DNA of 63,381 nt, counting the filler, from Stramenopiles sp. TOSAG23-2 (taxonomy: Eukaryota), in NCBI GenBank assembly GCA_900128395.1. It is 7 parts of 7 records of this genome, joined end to end, with 100 filler letters (N's around TTAATTAATTAA, not from the genome) between each part and the next. Parts side by side here need not be neighbours in the genome. Positions count along the whole stretch, not along the records: positions 1 to 27,469 come from LT649417.1; 6 more parts are not named here. The stretch is one strand, 5' to 3'. The position numbers and the translations under genes are program-made. The notes under the pieces were generated by a model that worked only from the letters and a program-made list of their open reading frames with translations, did not search any database and had not been told where the DNA came from. Shown piece after piece: positions 1 through 12,210 of this stretch (the first letter of the stretch is position 1; every line of letters begins with the position of its first letter).

Positions 1-246
1 CTTCTACAGTAATGGATTTTTGTTTTGGCTGAGAAAAAAAATAATGGAACATCTATCTGTTTTAGCCGACATCTACAGTACATTGTAATTAGTTTTTAAT
101 ATTTACCTTAACAAGTAAATATTTATTTATATTCACATATAGTAGGTATCAAATGAGTAGGAATTATCATGAGTAAATTAAAAAAAAATATATAAAAAAT
201 ATTATGCGGTATATTCAATTAAATTGTATATACTGATATATCATCT

Positions 247-584
247 CTACTTCTTCTCTTTATCATCGATGAGCATATCGTTATGTTTAAACATGGCAGC
301 TTGGTAACGCTCACCACCTAATTTTTCCATGTAAACATCTTTCATGCTATCTAGTACCTTTGCTTTTGGAAGAGGATCTATAAATACGTTTGGTGGGGCA
401 CCACCAACAATTTCAATATTTGATGCAGTAGTTGTTAATCGTGAATCTTTCATCACGCGTACTACAAGTGTGTAAAAACCTGGTAAAAATATATATGGCG
501 GTACATTCACTGTAGCAGCTGCAGGAAAAGCAAAGGTTGTACCGTTTGTACTATTCCCATGATTTGCAAAGCATCCAATGTCGA
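247..584 (-). CDS. 3' exon or fragment resembling part of a REJ (polycystin-1-like) domain
   Basis: The frame stays open upstream of the track ORF (VDIGCFANHGNSTNGTTFAFPAAATVNVPPYIFLPGFYTLVVRVMKDSRLTTTASNIEIVGGAPPNVFI), which resembles the REJ beta-sandwich pattern. A possible TTTAG acceptor lies at 585. No upstream exon was found. Confidence 0.3.
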
Positions 585-1656
585 CTAAACGAAAATCTTT
601 CGATTAAATGTAACAACTTCATGTCGAATCTATTATTCATCATGTTATATATGTACGTATATACGATGACGTATGTACAAATTTAAAATTGCTTGTCTTG
701 ATTTATTATATATTTACATATTGTTTATTCTTTCTTTCTATATCGGAGAATAGTACATCAATATATGTTATTTAACAATTATTTATTATTTGATCCATCG
801 TGCCAATATGTGATTAGTTACATGTAGGCGTATTGTCATATTTGGTGAATTGCAATACTATTTCTATGTTAAATCTTGTTTATCATTTGGTGCCAAATGA
901 TGAAAGTGTAAAATGTATTCCATAGAGAGAGAACCCTGATTGGATTTTCACAGAGGCATATCCCGATGCTATGTTGCCTCTGCTTTTAATTGTTATACTT
1001 ATTAAGCTACGTCTACCTCTAAGTCCAACTTAGGATGGGTGTTTTTTAATTTGGGTGAATTCTGGTTGTATAGATTAAGTATTGTTCGTCATAGAGGCCG
1101 TGCCAAATTCTCATCAAGTGAAATCAGAGGGGGAATCGAGAGCATGATGACGAAGAAGTTGTTAATAAATGTGTCAATTGTCATTGTTATACATGGGAAA
1201 AATGGAATTAGATAGATTAGATAGAAATGTGTATGTATATATCGTATGTATATATTGGATATATATATATATATATATATATATTTGAACAATACATAGA
1301 AAAATTATTTCATATATTGTAGGATTGAAGTATATATACAGATATTTTAGACAGACGATGAAGGTATATGTATCATTTTGGTATTTTTAATTTTTTTTAA
1401 AAAATACACTGTACGAACTATTCGTCTATTTCGTACATGATATTATTTTTACGAGTACAAATTAAAAATATACTGTATGTGATGAAATATCTGTGACAAA
1501 ACTTTTGTACGTTTCTCGGGGTCAAAAAAACGAAAAGTTTATATTATCTCTCAATATATAAATACATATCATACACACACGCACACATAATATGCATATA
1601 CACACATATCAAACTCTGTCGCTCTCTCTCTCCTCTATCTTGCAGTGCAACATGTT

Positions 1657-3948
1657 TTAATCTAAACGAATTAACTCAATATCTTTTAACTCATCATCAT
1701 TATTCAACAAATCAGCTATATATTCAGTAAAACGCACAGGTCCGGATAGAATAATACATGCTTTCCCTTTCTTCTTCCCGAGTTCCATATTGTCTTCCTT
1801 TCTACTTAATAAACTATTGAATTTTTCTTTTATAATATTTGTTGTAATTCTTGTACCTTGAATAATTTTGTTTTTATTTGTTAATTTGCGTTTAATTTCG
1901 TGTATCGTGTCATCCTCCATTTCATCCTTATTGCTTTTACTTATAGCATTCTTTCTATCTGCTGCTACAATATATGCATTTGAGATAATATCATTCGATG
2001 CAGTTGTTTGTTTCTTTCTATTTTTCATCTGCGTAGTGCTATTTGTATTTTTATTAGATTGATTCCTACTGCTGAATAATGACGATAACGCTGATGTCGA
2101 ATTCTTATTATCATCATAATCATGTGACAAATGCGTTGGCGGCCGTGGTGTTAAAGTAATAATATAATGCATTTGTAAATACTTTTGACCTTGCGAATTA
2201 CATCTGCCTTCAATTAAATGTTTTTCTAGCAATGGACATTCGAAAATGTCAGTCAACTCTCGTGATTGCCACAGTACATCGGTGTATATATTCGTTTCCA
2301 TCAACATACTTAACATTTGTAAAAATACTACAATGCCAGTACCACCAACTATGTATAAAATGTGATCATTTTCCTCATTTGTTTTTATAATGTTTCGTAA
2401 TTTAGTGGTACCCAAACCTACGTGGGGACCTGATAGACGTAAACGTGATTCACCTATACTTAAGGATGATAAAAATTTAGACATTTCACCATTTGGGTAT
2501 AATCGAATGTAGAATTCAATCAATTTTTTTTTCTCGGCTCCAGAACTACTATTACTTTTACTGTTTCGGCTATTTCGTGATAGCAGCAATTCATTTGCAA
2601 GAGATTCAATCGGTGTATATGGTCTTTCAAATATATCAAACGATTCGCCAGTTGCAAGGAATTTATAATGACATCCTATAAAATCATCAAAATGTCCTAT
2701 ATCTATTTCAAATACAAATTTAACAACAGGTGCTATTGTCAAGTCCATATGTTCCTTATGAACCAATTTTGTAAATGTTATTGTATCCTTTATTTTTTCC
2801 TTTATTGGTACTATACTTTTGTCATTGACATCATTCATGACTATACGACCTCGAACACGCGTTGCCAATAATGTCATTGCAGAGATGGAATGACGATGGG
2901 AAGATTTGATTTTTGATTTACTATTATCATTTTTATTATTATTATTATTATTGTTGTTATTACTGGCGGTGGTAGTGGTGATAGTCATTTCACGATTTGG
3001 TCCTTTATTTTCAATATGATTATTATTTATATCATTTAATGCTTTTATTTCACCACCAATAAATTCTTCTGTTACGTCAAGCCCAATATGAGAACGTAAT
3101 AAATATGCCCCACCAGGATGTACATCAATCCAATCTGAAATATCAATTATAGCATTAGCAACAATAACCCAACGAGATCCGGTAGTAATTTTGCTTCGAA
3201 ATTCATGATGCGAAAACGTTGGTAAATTAAGACGTGTAATTCTATGTTGAAGTTCTTCAAATATATTAATTTTATTTGAAATATTATGAGACAGTTTCCT
3301 CCAACGAAACTCATTATATATAAAAAAAATAATTATAGCCAAAATCCATAAATAGACAACAATTCGCATTCCTATGGTAAACATCATATTTATGCCCATA
3401 ATGCATTGAAATATTCCAAACATTAACAATAAAGGCCCAACAATACGATGACATATTTTCATACGATTGAAGAATATTAATTTTTTCTTTGAATTTTGTG
3501 AATTATGCTGCAAAGCAAAAGCACAAATAAAACCAAGTACAAGTTGAGATCCTGACAATACTAATATTACAATACCTAGAAAGGCATGTGGATTGGACAA
3601 CATTTCAAGAATGCTACGTCGCGATGTTATAAATGTAAACGCTGTGCTAGATACACCAATTACTGTGGATTTTGCTAGTGTTGCATGTAACGTAAGCCAT
3701 CGTGTTTTGTGTCGATAATATTTTACAATGAAAATGGATAATGGTGCAGCAAAAAGCCAAGCATATATCATAATAAAAGAATGTAAATATAATACAAATT
3801 TTCTTGATTCCCAATGTGATTGAATGTCTGTTTTTGTACAATTATTCATTCCCTTTTTTTTTGTGTATATATTTGCTTCTTTCGTTGTTTCGTATGATGA
3901 TGATGGTGGTGATGGTGATGGTGACTTTTGGTTTGATACTTTAGACAA
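1657..3948 (-). CDS. Cytochrome b561 + cytochrome b5 + FAD/NAD(P)H reductase (b5 reductase-like) fusion; start uncertain (first in-frame ATG at 3849)
   Basis: TM region with four His (LHSFIM, WLTLHA, NPHAFLG, CHRIVG). b5 motif DWIDVHPGG...DVTEEF...HS. Reductase motifs RPYTP, GEMSKFL, GGTGI, LSGP. Confidence 0.85.
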   Translation of the reverse strand: MSKVSNQKSPSPSPPSSSYETTKEANIYTKKKGMNNCTKTDIQSHWESRKFVLYLHSFIMIYAWLFAAPLSIFIVKYYRHKTRWLTLHATLAKSTVIGVSSTAFTFITSRRSILEMLSNPHAFLGIVILVLSGSQLVLGFICAFALQHNSQNSKKKLIFFNRMKICHRIVGPLLLMFGIFQCIMGINMMFTIGMRIVVYLWILAIIIFFIYNEFRWRKLSHNISNKINIFEELQHRITRLNLPTFSHHEFRSKITTGSRWVIVANAIIDISDWIDVHPGGAYLLRSHIGLDVTEEFIGGEIKALNDINNNHIENKGPNREMTITTTTASNNNNNNNNNKNDNSKSKIKSSHRHSISAMTLLATRVRGRIVMNDVNDKSIVPIKEKIKDTITFTKLVHKEHMDLTIAPVVKFVFEIDIGHFDDFIGCHYKFLATGESFDIFERPYTPIESLANELLLSRNSRNSKSNSSSGAEKKKLIEFYIRLYPNGEMSKFLSSLSIGESRLRLSGPHVGLGTTKLRNIIKTNEENDHILYIVGGTGIVVFLQMLSMLMETNIYTDVLWQSRELTDIFECPLLEKHLIEGRCNSQGQKYLQMHYIITLTPRPPTHLSHDYDDNKNSTSALSSLFSSRNQSNKNTNSTTQMKNRKKQTTASNDIISNAYIVAADRKNAISKSNKDEMEDDTIHEIKRKLTNKNKIIQGTRITTNIIKEKFNSLLSRKEDNMELGKKKGKACIILSGPVRFTEYIADLLNNDDELKDIELIRLD

Positions 3949-4364
3949 ATGACTTTACAAATGACAAACACAAAATAATAATAAATATATATTCAATAAT
4001 AAAAAAAAAATTCAACACGGAAGGTGCGAAGAACCATAATAATAAATTTTTTTATAACGGGAGTGGAGAATGGAGACTACTATATCTTTCTCCTATAATA
4101 ATATTTTTTATATCAATTTACTATTAGTAATTTGTGCATTTTTTTCAATTTTAATTATTTTTAGTACTTGGTATAGATCTAGCCAGGATATTTTTTATAT
4201 TATTAGCAATGTAGATTTTTTTGTGTGTGTGTCCAACACAAATTCATCACCTCTGTCCTAAATAAAAGGGAAAAGAAGTTCATATACAACATAAACAAAT
4301 AGAAAACCAACCAAAAACAAACAAAACAAGCTAAGACAAAAGAAAAATTATTATTATTATTATT

Positions 4365-4961
4365 ATGTCGTCTGTTGTATCAAAAGATGATGGTATTATT
4401 ATATATTACTGGGGACCAACCATGATGAAAATGTATGGACGTGCAATTGGTATTTATTTAACATTGAACCAAGCCGGTGCTAAATATGACATGCAGCCTC
4501 CAAATAAAATGCCACCGGGCGGGTCATTTGCACCACCTTGCTTGAGTATGGACGGCGTGTTGATGGGACAAGCACCAATGATCCTTTCAGCTTTGGGCGA
4601 GAAATATGGCCTTGGTGGTCATAATGCTCAAGAGAAACTTATTGTTATGCATATGTTAGGTGATGTGAACGATATCGCAGTTGAGGTAATGGATAAAAAA
4701 TTTGATGACGAGAAACGCAAAGATAAATGGTTTGCATATCTTGAGAAACAACTTGAAGGGAGAAAATGGTTAGCTGGAACAAGCGCGCCAACTGTTGCTG
4801 ACTTTCATGGTGTATTTGCTATGGAATGGATTAAAAAATTTGGTTATGATTTCTCTGCTTATCCAAATATCAATAAATGGTGGGCAGATATACAGACATT
4901 CCCAGTTGTTAAAGACTTATATGAAAGCTTGAAACCAAATGGTTTGACGATGTTGCCATAA
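4365..4961 (+). CDS. Glutathione S-transferase
   Basis: N-terminal YYW..GRA and FAPP.L..DG..M.Q; C-terminal WLAG...TVADF, YPNI..W; 198 aa. Confidence 0.85.
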   Translation: MSSVVSKDDGIIIYYWGPTMMKMYGRAIGIYLTLNQAGAKYDMQPPNKMPPGGSFAPPCLSMDGVLMGQAPMILSALGEKYGLGGHNAQEKLIVMHMLGDVNDIAVEVMDKKFDDEKRKDKWFAYLEKQLEGRKWLAGTSAPTVADFHGVFAMEWIKKFGYDFSAYPNINKWWADIQTFPVVKDLYESLKPNGLTMLP

Positions 4962-5400
4962 TGCTATATATTAAGAAAAATATTACGTCGTAACACACAA
5001 AAATAAAAAAAAATCTTCTTAGATGATTTTAATGGTGTGTAATGTCGTGTGTGTCGATTATTGTGTGGGTTGTCATCTGACCATCTATGTGTAGAATAAT
5101 ACCCAGTTTATAATACAATTTTTAAAAAAAAATATATAATAATATATAATATAAATAAAATTAAAATATCAAAATATGGAGAGTGAAAAAAAAATATTTT
5201 TTTTATTTTTTTATATTTTTTTAAAAATATTTTTAAAAATTTTATTTATCATAATATCATCATATATCTCTCTCTCTCATTATATTTTTATAAAATATAC
5301 TACGAAGTTCGTATTTAAATTCACAAAAATTAACGCGTAATCAATTATTATATGGTACAATAATCAATACACCAACATTAATTCCACCTCTGTCCTTTTA

Positions 5401-5956
5401 TCAATTTTTCACTCCATCACCAACATCATTACTTAACAACGTCTCGCCATTTTTTTTCATATTTTTTATTTTTTCTAATAAACTATTTGCTTGTAACACA
5501 CTTTTGTATTTTTCTAAACGTTGTTTCATGGATGGACGGTTGCTTTCTTCTGAAATTTCATCTTTTACTTGTGAATATGCATCTAAAACCACTGATAAGA
5601 AAATATTAATAACAACGATAGATATTATCATACTAAAAACAGAGAATCGTTCTAAATTTTTCAGATGCTTCATATATAAAATCATTTCCCATTTTTAAAT
5701 TAATATATAAAATTAACGCTAAAAATATCCCAATTCGATAGATAATCATGAACCAAAATCCATGAGGTAAACGATCATATATTTTTTCTTTACATGTTTT
5801 TTTTTCCTTTTCCGTTTCATTTTTCTTTGTTTTACTTTTATTTTTCTTGGTATTCACGTTCTTCTTATCGTCGTCTATACCACCACCTAACCATGCTTGC
5901 TCCGCTTTCCGCAAGTTCTCCAAATTTTTCTCGCTTGGTTTCACTTTGCTTGTCAT
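5401..5956 (-). pseudogene. Internally deleted or frameshifted polycystin-2/TRP-like channel fragment
   Basis: ORF 5633-5956 (N-terminus plus one TM helix) overlaps out of frame with ORF 5401-5685, which carries an S6-like helix IVVINIFLSVVLDAYSQVK. Confidence 0.45.
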
Positions 5957-6658
5957 AATTTGTATGTGTATATATATGATTATGATGATTTAATGTTCAA
6001 GCTAGTTACATGTTTGACATTGTAATAATGTCTGGGTGTTAATTTTATTAAAATATGAGTATATATGTGTTATTATACAGTAATGATGTATTTTTAGTAA
6101 GGAATATGTTTCAAAATGTTTCTACAAAAAAATCTCAAAACAAAACTAGCTCAACAAGTTAAAGTATAGATTTAGTATATCAAGTTATGTATATTTATAT
6201 AGGTAGATATTGGATAATATCATAAAATCGGATATTTTGATATTTTCAACAAAGAGGAACATTTGGCCATTTTTGGATTTTATATTATTTAGAATTATGA
6301 AAAACTACCACTTTCAGAAACCTAAAACTCTTTTGCAACTTTTTGATGTTCGCGGTTAATTAGCAGGTATTTAGCATTAATCGTCTAGCACATGACATCG
6401 CAAAAAAAAACTACAAGATTAAGATTAGTAAACCAAAACAACATAGCACCATATAGCATCACTAACAAATATTGAAAATACATATATACATATATGTATA
6501 TATCACTCACAAGATATACAGAATCAAAAAAAGAAAACAAAAGAAGAACAAAAGAAATATATAAAGACAAAAAAAAACAAGATACGTATCTAAAATTATC
6601 ATATTAGAAAGAAAATTACCTCGTATAAATATTTACAAATATATAAACAAGATTAAAT

Positions 6659-7624
6659 ATGTCACTAAGTACATTAACAAAATTTGGAAAATTCACGCCG
6701 TGGACAAAGCCTGCAGCCTTTTTAACGCCATTACTGAAGCTCGTATCAGAACCAATGTGGTTATCATTCGTAGAAAATGTACAAAGCTTAGGAGAAGAAG
6801 CAATCAGGCTTTCGTATGATTTTATGTTACAGAATACATCATTGATTCTTTCAATTTGTGGCACTGCTGCTGCTACTGCGGCCCTTTCTAAATATATTCA
6901 TAAAAGAATTGAAGAAGAATTTGCAAACCATGCAAAAACAAATGGTGGTGAAGATGTTACAGATGATTTAAATAGAATGGAAAAACTTTTAAATGAAGTA
7001 AAGCATCTTTTGGAACAAAGCAGAAACAATGGCACCATTCAACCTCTTGCAATTGTACAGCATACACATGGTGCAACCGGCGGTGATGTTTATAATAATG
7101 GATACGTATCTTCTTCAAGTATTATGAGCAATTATTCAGAGGAAGATAATCATAATAATTATATTCAAGATGAAATTAATAATATGGATGTTGATGAAGA
7201 TAACAATGGCAACAACAATACCATTGCAGAATCTAATTATGCTAATGAAAATTACAATAATGACGATGCAAAAAGCGTTTCAAGTAACGCATCCAGTATC
7301 AACCTTATTGGTGAAACAAATGATGGTGAAGACAACAACATCGATGCTAAAAGTGTTTCCAGTTTAAGTGATATTACTGATGATGGAACACCATCACGCT
7401 CAGTATCTCCAAAAAGTGTAAAAAATACTACGTTACATGGAGCATGTCGTCGAAGTAAAAGACAAAGGTATCAAACCCGTGAACATGTGTTAACCAACAT
7501 GACGCCTGCGCAACAAAAAACGTGGGAAAAGGCACAACTCGAATCGCTAAAAGCAGAAAAACAACGTAAAAGACGCAAATTGGTTGTTACATCGGACGAA
7601 GAAAATTCTGGTGTTATTGTTTAA
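6659..7624 (+). CDS. Hypothetical protein with an Asn/Asp-rich low-complexity region
   Basis: 321-aa ATG ORF; DAKSVSS occurs twice; basic C-terminus. Confidence 0.6.
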   Translation: MSLSTLTKFGKFTPWTKPAAFLTPLLKLVSEPMWLSFVENVQSLGEEAIRLSYDFMLQNTSLILSICGTAAATAALSKYIHKRIEEEFANHAKTNGGEDVTDDLNRMEKLLNEVKHLLEQSRNNGTIQPLAIVQHTHGATGGDVYNNGYVSSSSIMSNYSEEDNHNNYIQDEINNMDVDEDNNGNNNTIAESNYANENYNNDDAKSVSSNASSINLIGETNDGEDNNIDAKSVSSLSDITDDGTPSRSVSPKSVKNTTLHGACRRSKRQRYQTREHVLTNMTPAQQKTWEKAQLESLKAEKQRKRRKLVVTSDEENSGVIV

Positions 7625-8081
7625 ATTTGTGTGTGTCCAAATTTTTAATAAATAATGAATTATAATGTATCGCATCTATGCAATCGTGAAATTGATAACA
7701 ATATTAAAAAATATTATATAATTATATCCAAAAACAAATACAAAACCAATATAAAACATAAAAAAAAAATAGCACAATATGTTTCGGGATTTGCACAAAC
7801 AAATGATGACGAACAAAAAGACATTTTCAACAATGTCACACGTATACTCCAAAAATATTTTTCTCTTGTAAAAATATTTTAAAATAAATATATATATATA
7901 TTTATATATCGTAAATCAAAATGTAATATGATACCATAATAATATGATATCATACTTCGTATCAGTATTATAATTATTTCAAACAACCATCATGTATTAA
8001 ATTAAAAACAATCTAAAATCCCATAGTCGCGTACTAATTAAATAATTATTACGTACGAAGCGTATTAATAATTAAAAAATA

Positions 8082-10839
8082 TTATTCTTCCTTCGATTTT
8101 TTTTTTTTATACAATAATTGATATAACATAAATACTATCCATCCTCCAAATATAATTAAAGGTATCAACAACAATACATTCTTATATAGTGGTACATTAT
8201 AAGTGCATTGAATATCAAATTCAATATCATCACGTGATGAGGTGGAATATTCATCATATAATTGCACAGCCAAATACCCGGGTGCAACACGTAAAATAGG
8301 TTGAACCTGCTTTTCATTGTTGATGTTACAATTCCAATGTGGATGATAATTAACTTTTAAAACAACAAAAATACCATCATCTTTCATTAATTCTTTTTTT
8401 CCTACTTTAACTTTACAACTATATGTATTTGGACTAATAGTTTCCTGTAAAATCTTGCTCTTTCTTTGTACTATTTTGAAACGACTTATTGGTAATTCAC
8501 TTGGTTTTCTATGATCCATTTGGTATAAAGTCAATGGTGGCTTCTTAAATTTTGGTGGTGCTGACATTGTATATTGCCAATCATCATCAACTTTATCAAC
8601 TGAATCAAATCCCCTTCCATAACCGCGTCCTGGCTTTGCATCATGAAAAAGTGGATGCAAACAATTGTTATATTTCATCGACTTTCCATGAGTATGACAC
8701 CTTGTAGTGACAATAAAATAGTTACTACGTTTAACTTTATAAACTTGAAAATGTCGACGATATTTTTTGTTGTTGTTATTATTATTATTTAAGTCTCCTT
8801 CCTCATAAACTTCTATTAAAAAATGCGGTGGGCGGATTTGTTTCGGTAATATAATATATTGAATATTAAATAAATAATAATGATCAATATTGCCATGATC
8901 AAACCATTCTATCCATGAATCAGCTGGTGCCATTGTATGTAATGTTGGCTTTTTTTTTTGTGTTAGAATATGTGAAAAAAAATTAATATATACATATTTA
9001 GTACATTGATCCAAACAATTATATACTTACACCTATCATTGGCCAATCATCTTCCAGCAATTTGGGAAATAGTGTATAAATTGGCCATTGAGTATATCCC
9101 GGCATGCCAGTAAATATACGACCTTTTAAATAACCATCATTTTTCTCTTTCTCCCGATTCAATATAGTTAAAATGGAATTATATTCTTGTTTTGATAATT
9201 GTTCCCAACGTTTCTTTTGTTTATCCAATGTAGCTATATTAAATGAATGTTGCATTTTATCTCTTTCAAAAAGTGAAGGATAAAGCAATGCAAAAATAAT
9301 TACTAAACACAAAGCAAATGTGATAACTCTTGCACTTTTCCTTCTTGTAATGGGCTCGTCTTCTTCATCAGTTTCCAACATGAATTTTTTCCTGTTCTGG
9401 TAAACCTTTTGTAAAATAAAAATATCATTTAAATACTTTGATGAAAAATGAAATAAAAAATCGAAAACAATGCCACCTGTTGTGTGGGGCGTTGCGTATA
9501 TGAAATGAAAGAGCAATGTGTTAGAGGGAGGTCTTTTATACTATTTGTAGGATTATTACGGAAATAGAATTTACTTACATGTACAAATGGCAAATATTTG
9601 CATTGCAGATATAAAACGATGGAAATGTAACGATGAACTAAATGGCAATAATTTTAATACAATTGGATACTGTGCAAAACATGTTGGCCCAGCAAACATT
9701 ATTCCCCAAAACAAGAATGACACGATAATCCATATATATAAAATAACATTTCTAATATCATACTGATATGATGATAATCTTTGCAGTGATATCACATAAA
9801 TGATTGTTTTATATATTGAAATTATAAATCCTACAAAAGTAGTATTTGTAATGATTTTTGATGTAAATCCAAAATCTAATAGGTCACCATCCATAAATTT
9901 AATATAAAACCAAGTCCAACCGACAGAATCAAATTTCCATTTACGATGTTCAATCTCATTAACGACATATCTATTTTTTAAAAATGGTATGACAAAATAC
10001 GATATCATCGATCCAACTAAAACTAAGATCAATAAAAAGCGAAAAATTGATTTTAAAATATTTGTTTGTTTAAACTGGTAAAATATAAATTGAATGCCGT
10101 CCGTAGTAATTCTTGAGTGTAAATAAATGGTCAATAAAAGTACTTCTAAAATGCATAGACTTCCTAAAACCATGTAACCATAAAAAACATTTGACAATAA
10201 TACGGAAGATATTAACATCGATGCCAATATGATATTCTTCCAAGTTTCATTACGATTTTGATGCAACTTGACCATTGCGTTAAAACTAATACCAAGCGCA
10301 GGAAAAAATAAATAAATTGCCAATAATTGGGAAAATAGACCGTGTCCATTATGAATTTGTGAATTGATTCCAATTCCATAACTATATTGTACTCCTTGTT
10401 GCCTATTTTGTGGTGGTGGGCAATCATTAATAATTGGATACAACATTGTAATAAATACAGCTGCTGCGCTGTTGAAACCTAATTTTTTTGACCCATAAAA
10501 TACCATAATTGGCATTGTAGATAATAAAAACAAGATTGCAGTATCAGCATTAATTTTTTCATAAAAACTGTTGCATATGCCAATTATAACATGTGGTAAA
10601 TGTTGATAATGTGACACTAAGGGAAATCCCGTGTTTAATCCGGGCAAAAAGAAATCATAAGGCGATATACCTTTTAAAACATATTTACCAATATATTTAA
10701 TAACATATCGGTGCAATAATAAATCATTGGTTGAAATATTATTTGTTGATTCAATAAATTGTGTAGATAATATGTAAAATAGCCAAATGACTTCGCACGC
10801 AATTATCGCACTACAGCAGTAGTCAATAATACTCTTCAT
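8082..10839 (-). CDS. Polytopic membrane protein, YfhO-like / GT-C glycosyltransferase-like; 3 exons (10839-9579, 9476-9031, 8948-8082)
   Basis: GFPLVSHYQHLPH loop, many TM helices and a YfhO-type C-terminus (VLKVNYHPHW...RVAPGYLAV). Two GT-AG introns join the three track ORFs in frame. Confidence 0.72.
8949..9030 (-). other. Spliceosomal intron (82 nt, phase 0)
   Basis: GTAAGT donor, CTAAC branch point and AAG acceptor; splicing gives ...MIG|PTLHTM in frame. Confidence 0.75.
9477..9578 (-). mobile_element. Introner-like intron, copy C (102 nt)
   Basis: GTAAGTAAATTCTATT...CCCTCTAACACAT...TTCATATACGC...CAACAG, sharing blocks with the introns at 18583 and 19246. Splicing joins the flanking ORFs in frame (CT-C-GIVF). 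Confidence 0.7.
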
Positions 10840-11226
10840 TTATCACTGATAATATTTTCTACGTGTCAGTTTAGAGTGGTTTCTTTGAGAAAGGTTTTGT
10901 CTTTCTTTCTTTTTCCGTATATATCAGGATAATTATATTTCAAAAAAAATTCAAAAGTTAATCTGAAGAATGCGTCGTCGTCGTCTCGCGTCGGTCGTAT
11001 TCTTTTCGTTGTGCTTTTTAATATAATATACCTTAAAATAAAGAAGCGTAGAGTCGTAGAATTTTAATTTGTATTTGCACATTCGTGTGCTTCTTATTAT
11101 ATTATTTTTTTTTCACGCGACACATTACCTATGTGTTGAGGTCGAAAAATTAGAAGTATGATATTGGATATGATATACCGAGAAGTACATACAGTATATC
11201 ATATATATATATAGTTCGTACGTACA

Positions 11227-11823
11227 TTAATAATAATATTTTGCCCGGTACATATAAATGTTTAATAACACTTGTACGTGGTTCGTATTTTTTTTACAAT
11301 TGTGGGATGCCGGGCATTGTTCAACGAATGCTAAATTGACATCATTTTTTTCAATTTCTCCAAATGCCACGCCTTTTATTCCATTACTAGTTGTCACTTG
11401 AAAAAGTTGTTGTGCAGTAAGATGATCATAAACTGTTATCGTTTTTCCGCCATCTGATGCCATTGCACACATTTCGTGTTCTACAAATTGTTGAAATGTT
11501 GCAAATGCGACGTATTTAACCGGCTTTGGTGTTTTGATCACTGGTAAATGAACCATTTTTTTCTTGTTAAATACACCTCCTAGCGTCACCACTTTTCGAT
11601 CGGAAACTTGTTTAAAAATTGAATTTGATTGCGTTCGCTTCAATTTTCTTTTTTTCGTACCATCTAAAGCAACCGTTGTTACAATGCTAGGACGTTTCTT
11701 TTCATGATCTAGTGGTGTATGTTCAATACTAATGCTTTTTCTTCTTTTCACATTCATACCCCCCTCCGATGGACTTTTTACTCCACTATCCACGATATAT
11801 TTATTGTCATTTGAGTTGCTCAT
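11227..11823 (-). CDS. Hypothetical protein, possibly a truncated WD40-like protein
   Basis: 198-aa ATG ORF; ASDGGKTITVYD...IKGVAF resembles one propeller blade. Confidence 0.45.
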   Translation of the reverse strand: MSNSNDNKYIVDSGVKSPSEGGMNVKRRKSISIEHTPLDHEKKRPSIVTTVALDGTKKRKLKRTQSNSIFKQVSDRKVVTLGGVFNKKKMVHLPVIKTPKPVKYVAFATFQQFVEHEMCAMASDGGKTITVYDHLTAQQLFQVTTSNGIKGVAFGEIEKNDVNLAFVEQCPASHNCKKNTNHVQVLLNIYMYRAKYYY

Positions 11824-12210
11824 AATATATATTTCCTCAACATTAATTTGGTCGTATTATTAATGAAAATGGATGATATATTCCTGAAGATGATGTAATA
11901 ATAATAGATAATATATCTAGTAATTTTATACAAATGTGTACATGCATGTATGTCCATTATAATATATATATTTATATAAATATGTGTACGGATATATAAA
12001 TATACCAGTTTATGCCAAAAAAACGAACATATCTTTGCCAGGCTTTTGTAGTGCTGTGTAGTGCTAATTATACTATTATTAGCTATTACTTTATACAGTA
12101 GTATGGGAGAGTTTAGCTTAGTATTCCAATTGGGGTTTTAGTTTAGCAGGTGCTTATAGGGTTAAAAATTATTAAAAAATTTCGATCTAAAAAACCTAGA
12201 AAAATGTTTT

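Noticed and set aside
951-982. CAGAGGCA...TGCCTCTG hairpin as an ncRNA
   Set aside because: Only an 8-bp stem, with no recognisable RNA family features.
1089-1292. Short ORFs over (AT)n microsatellites and other short antisense ORFs in the track
   Set aside because: Low-complexity Y/I-rich translations or shadows of real genes.
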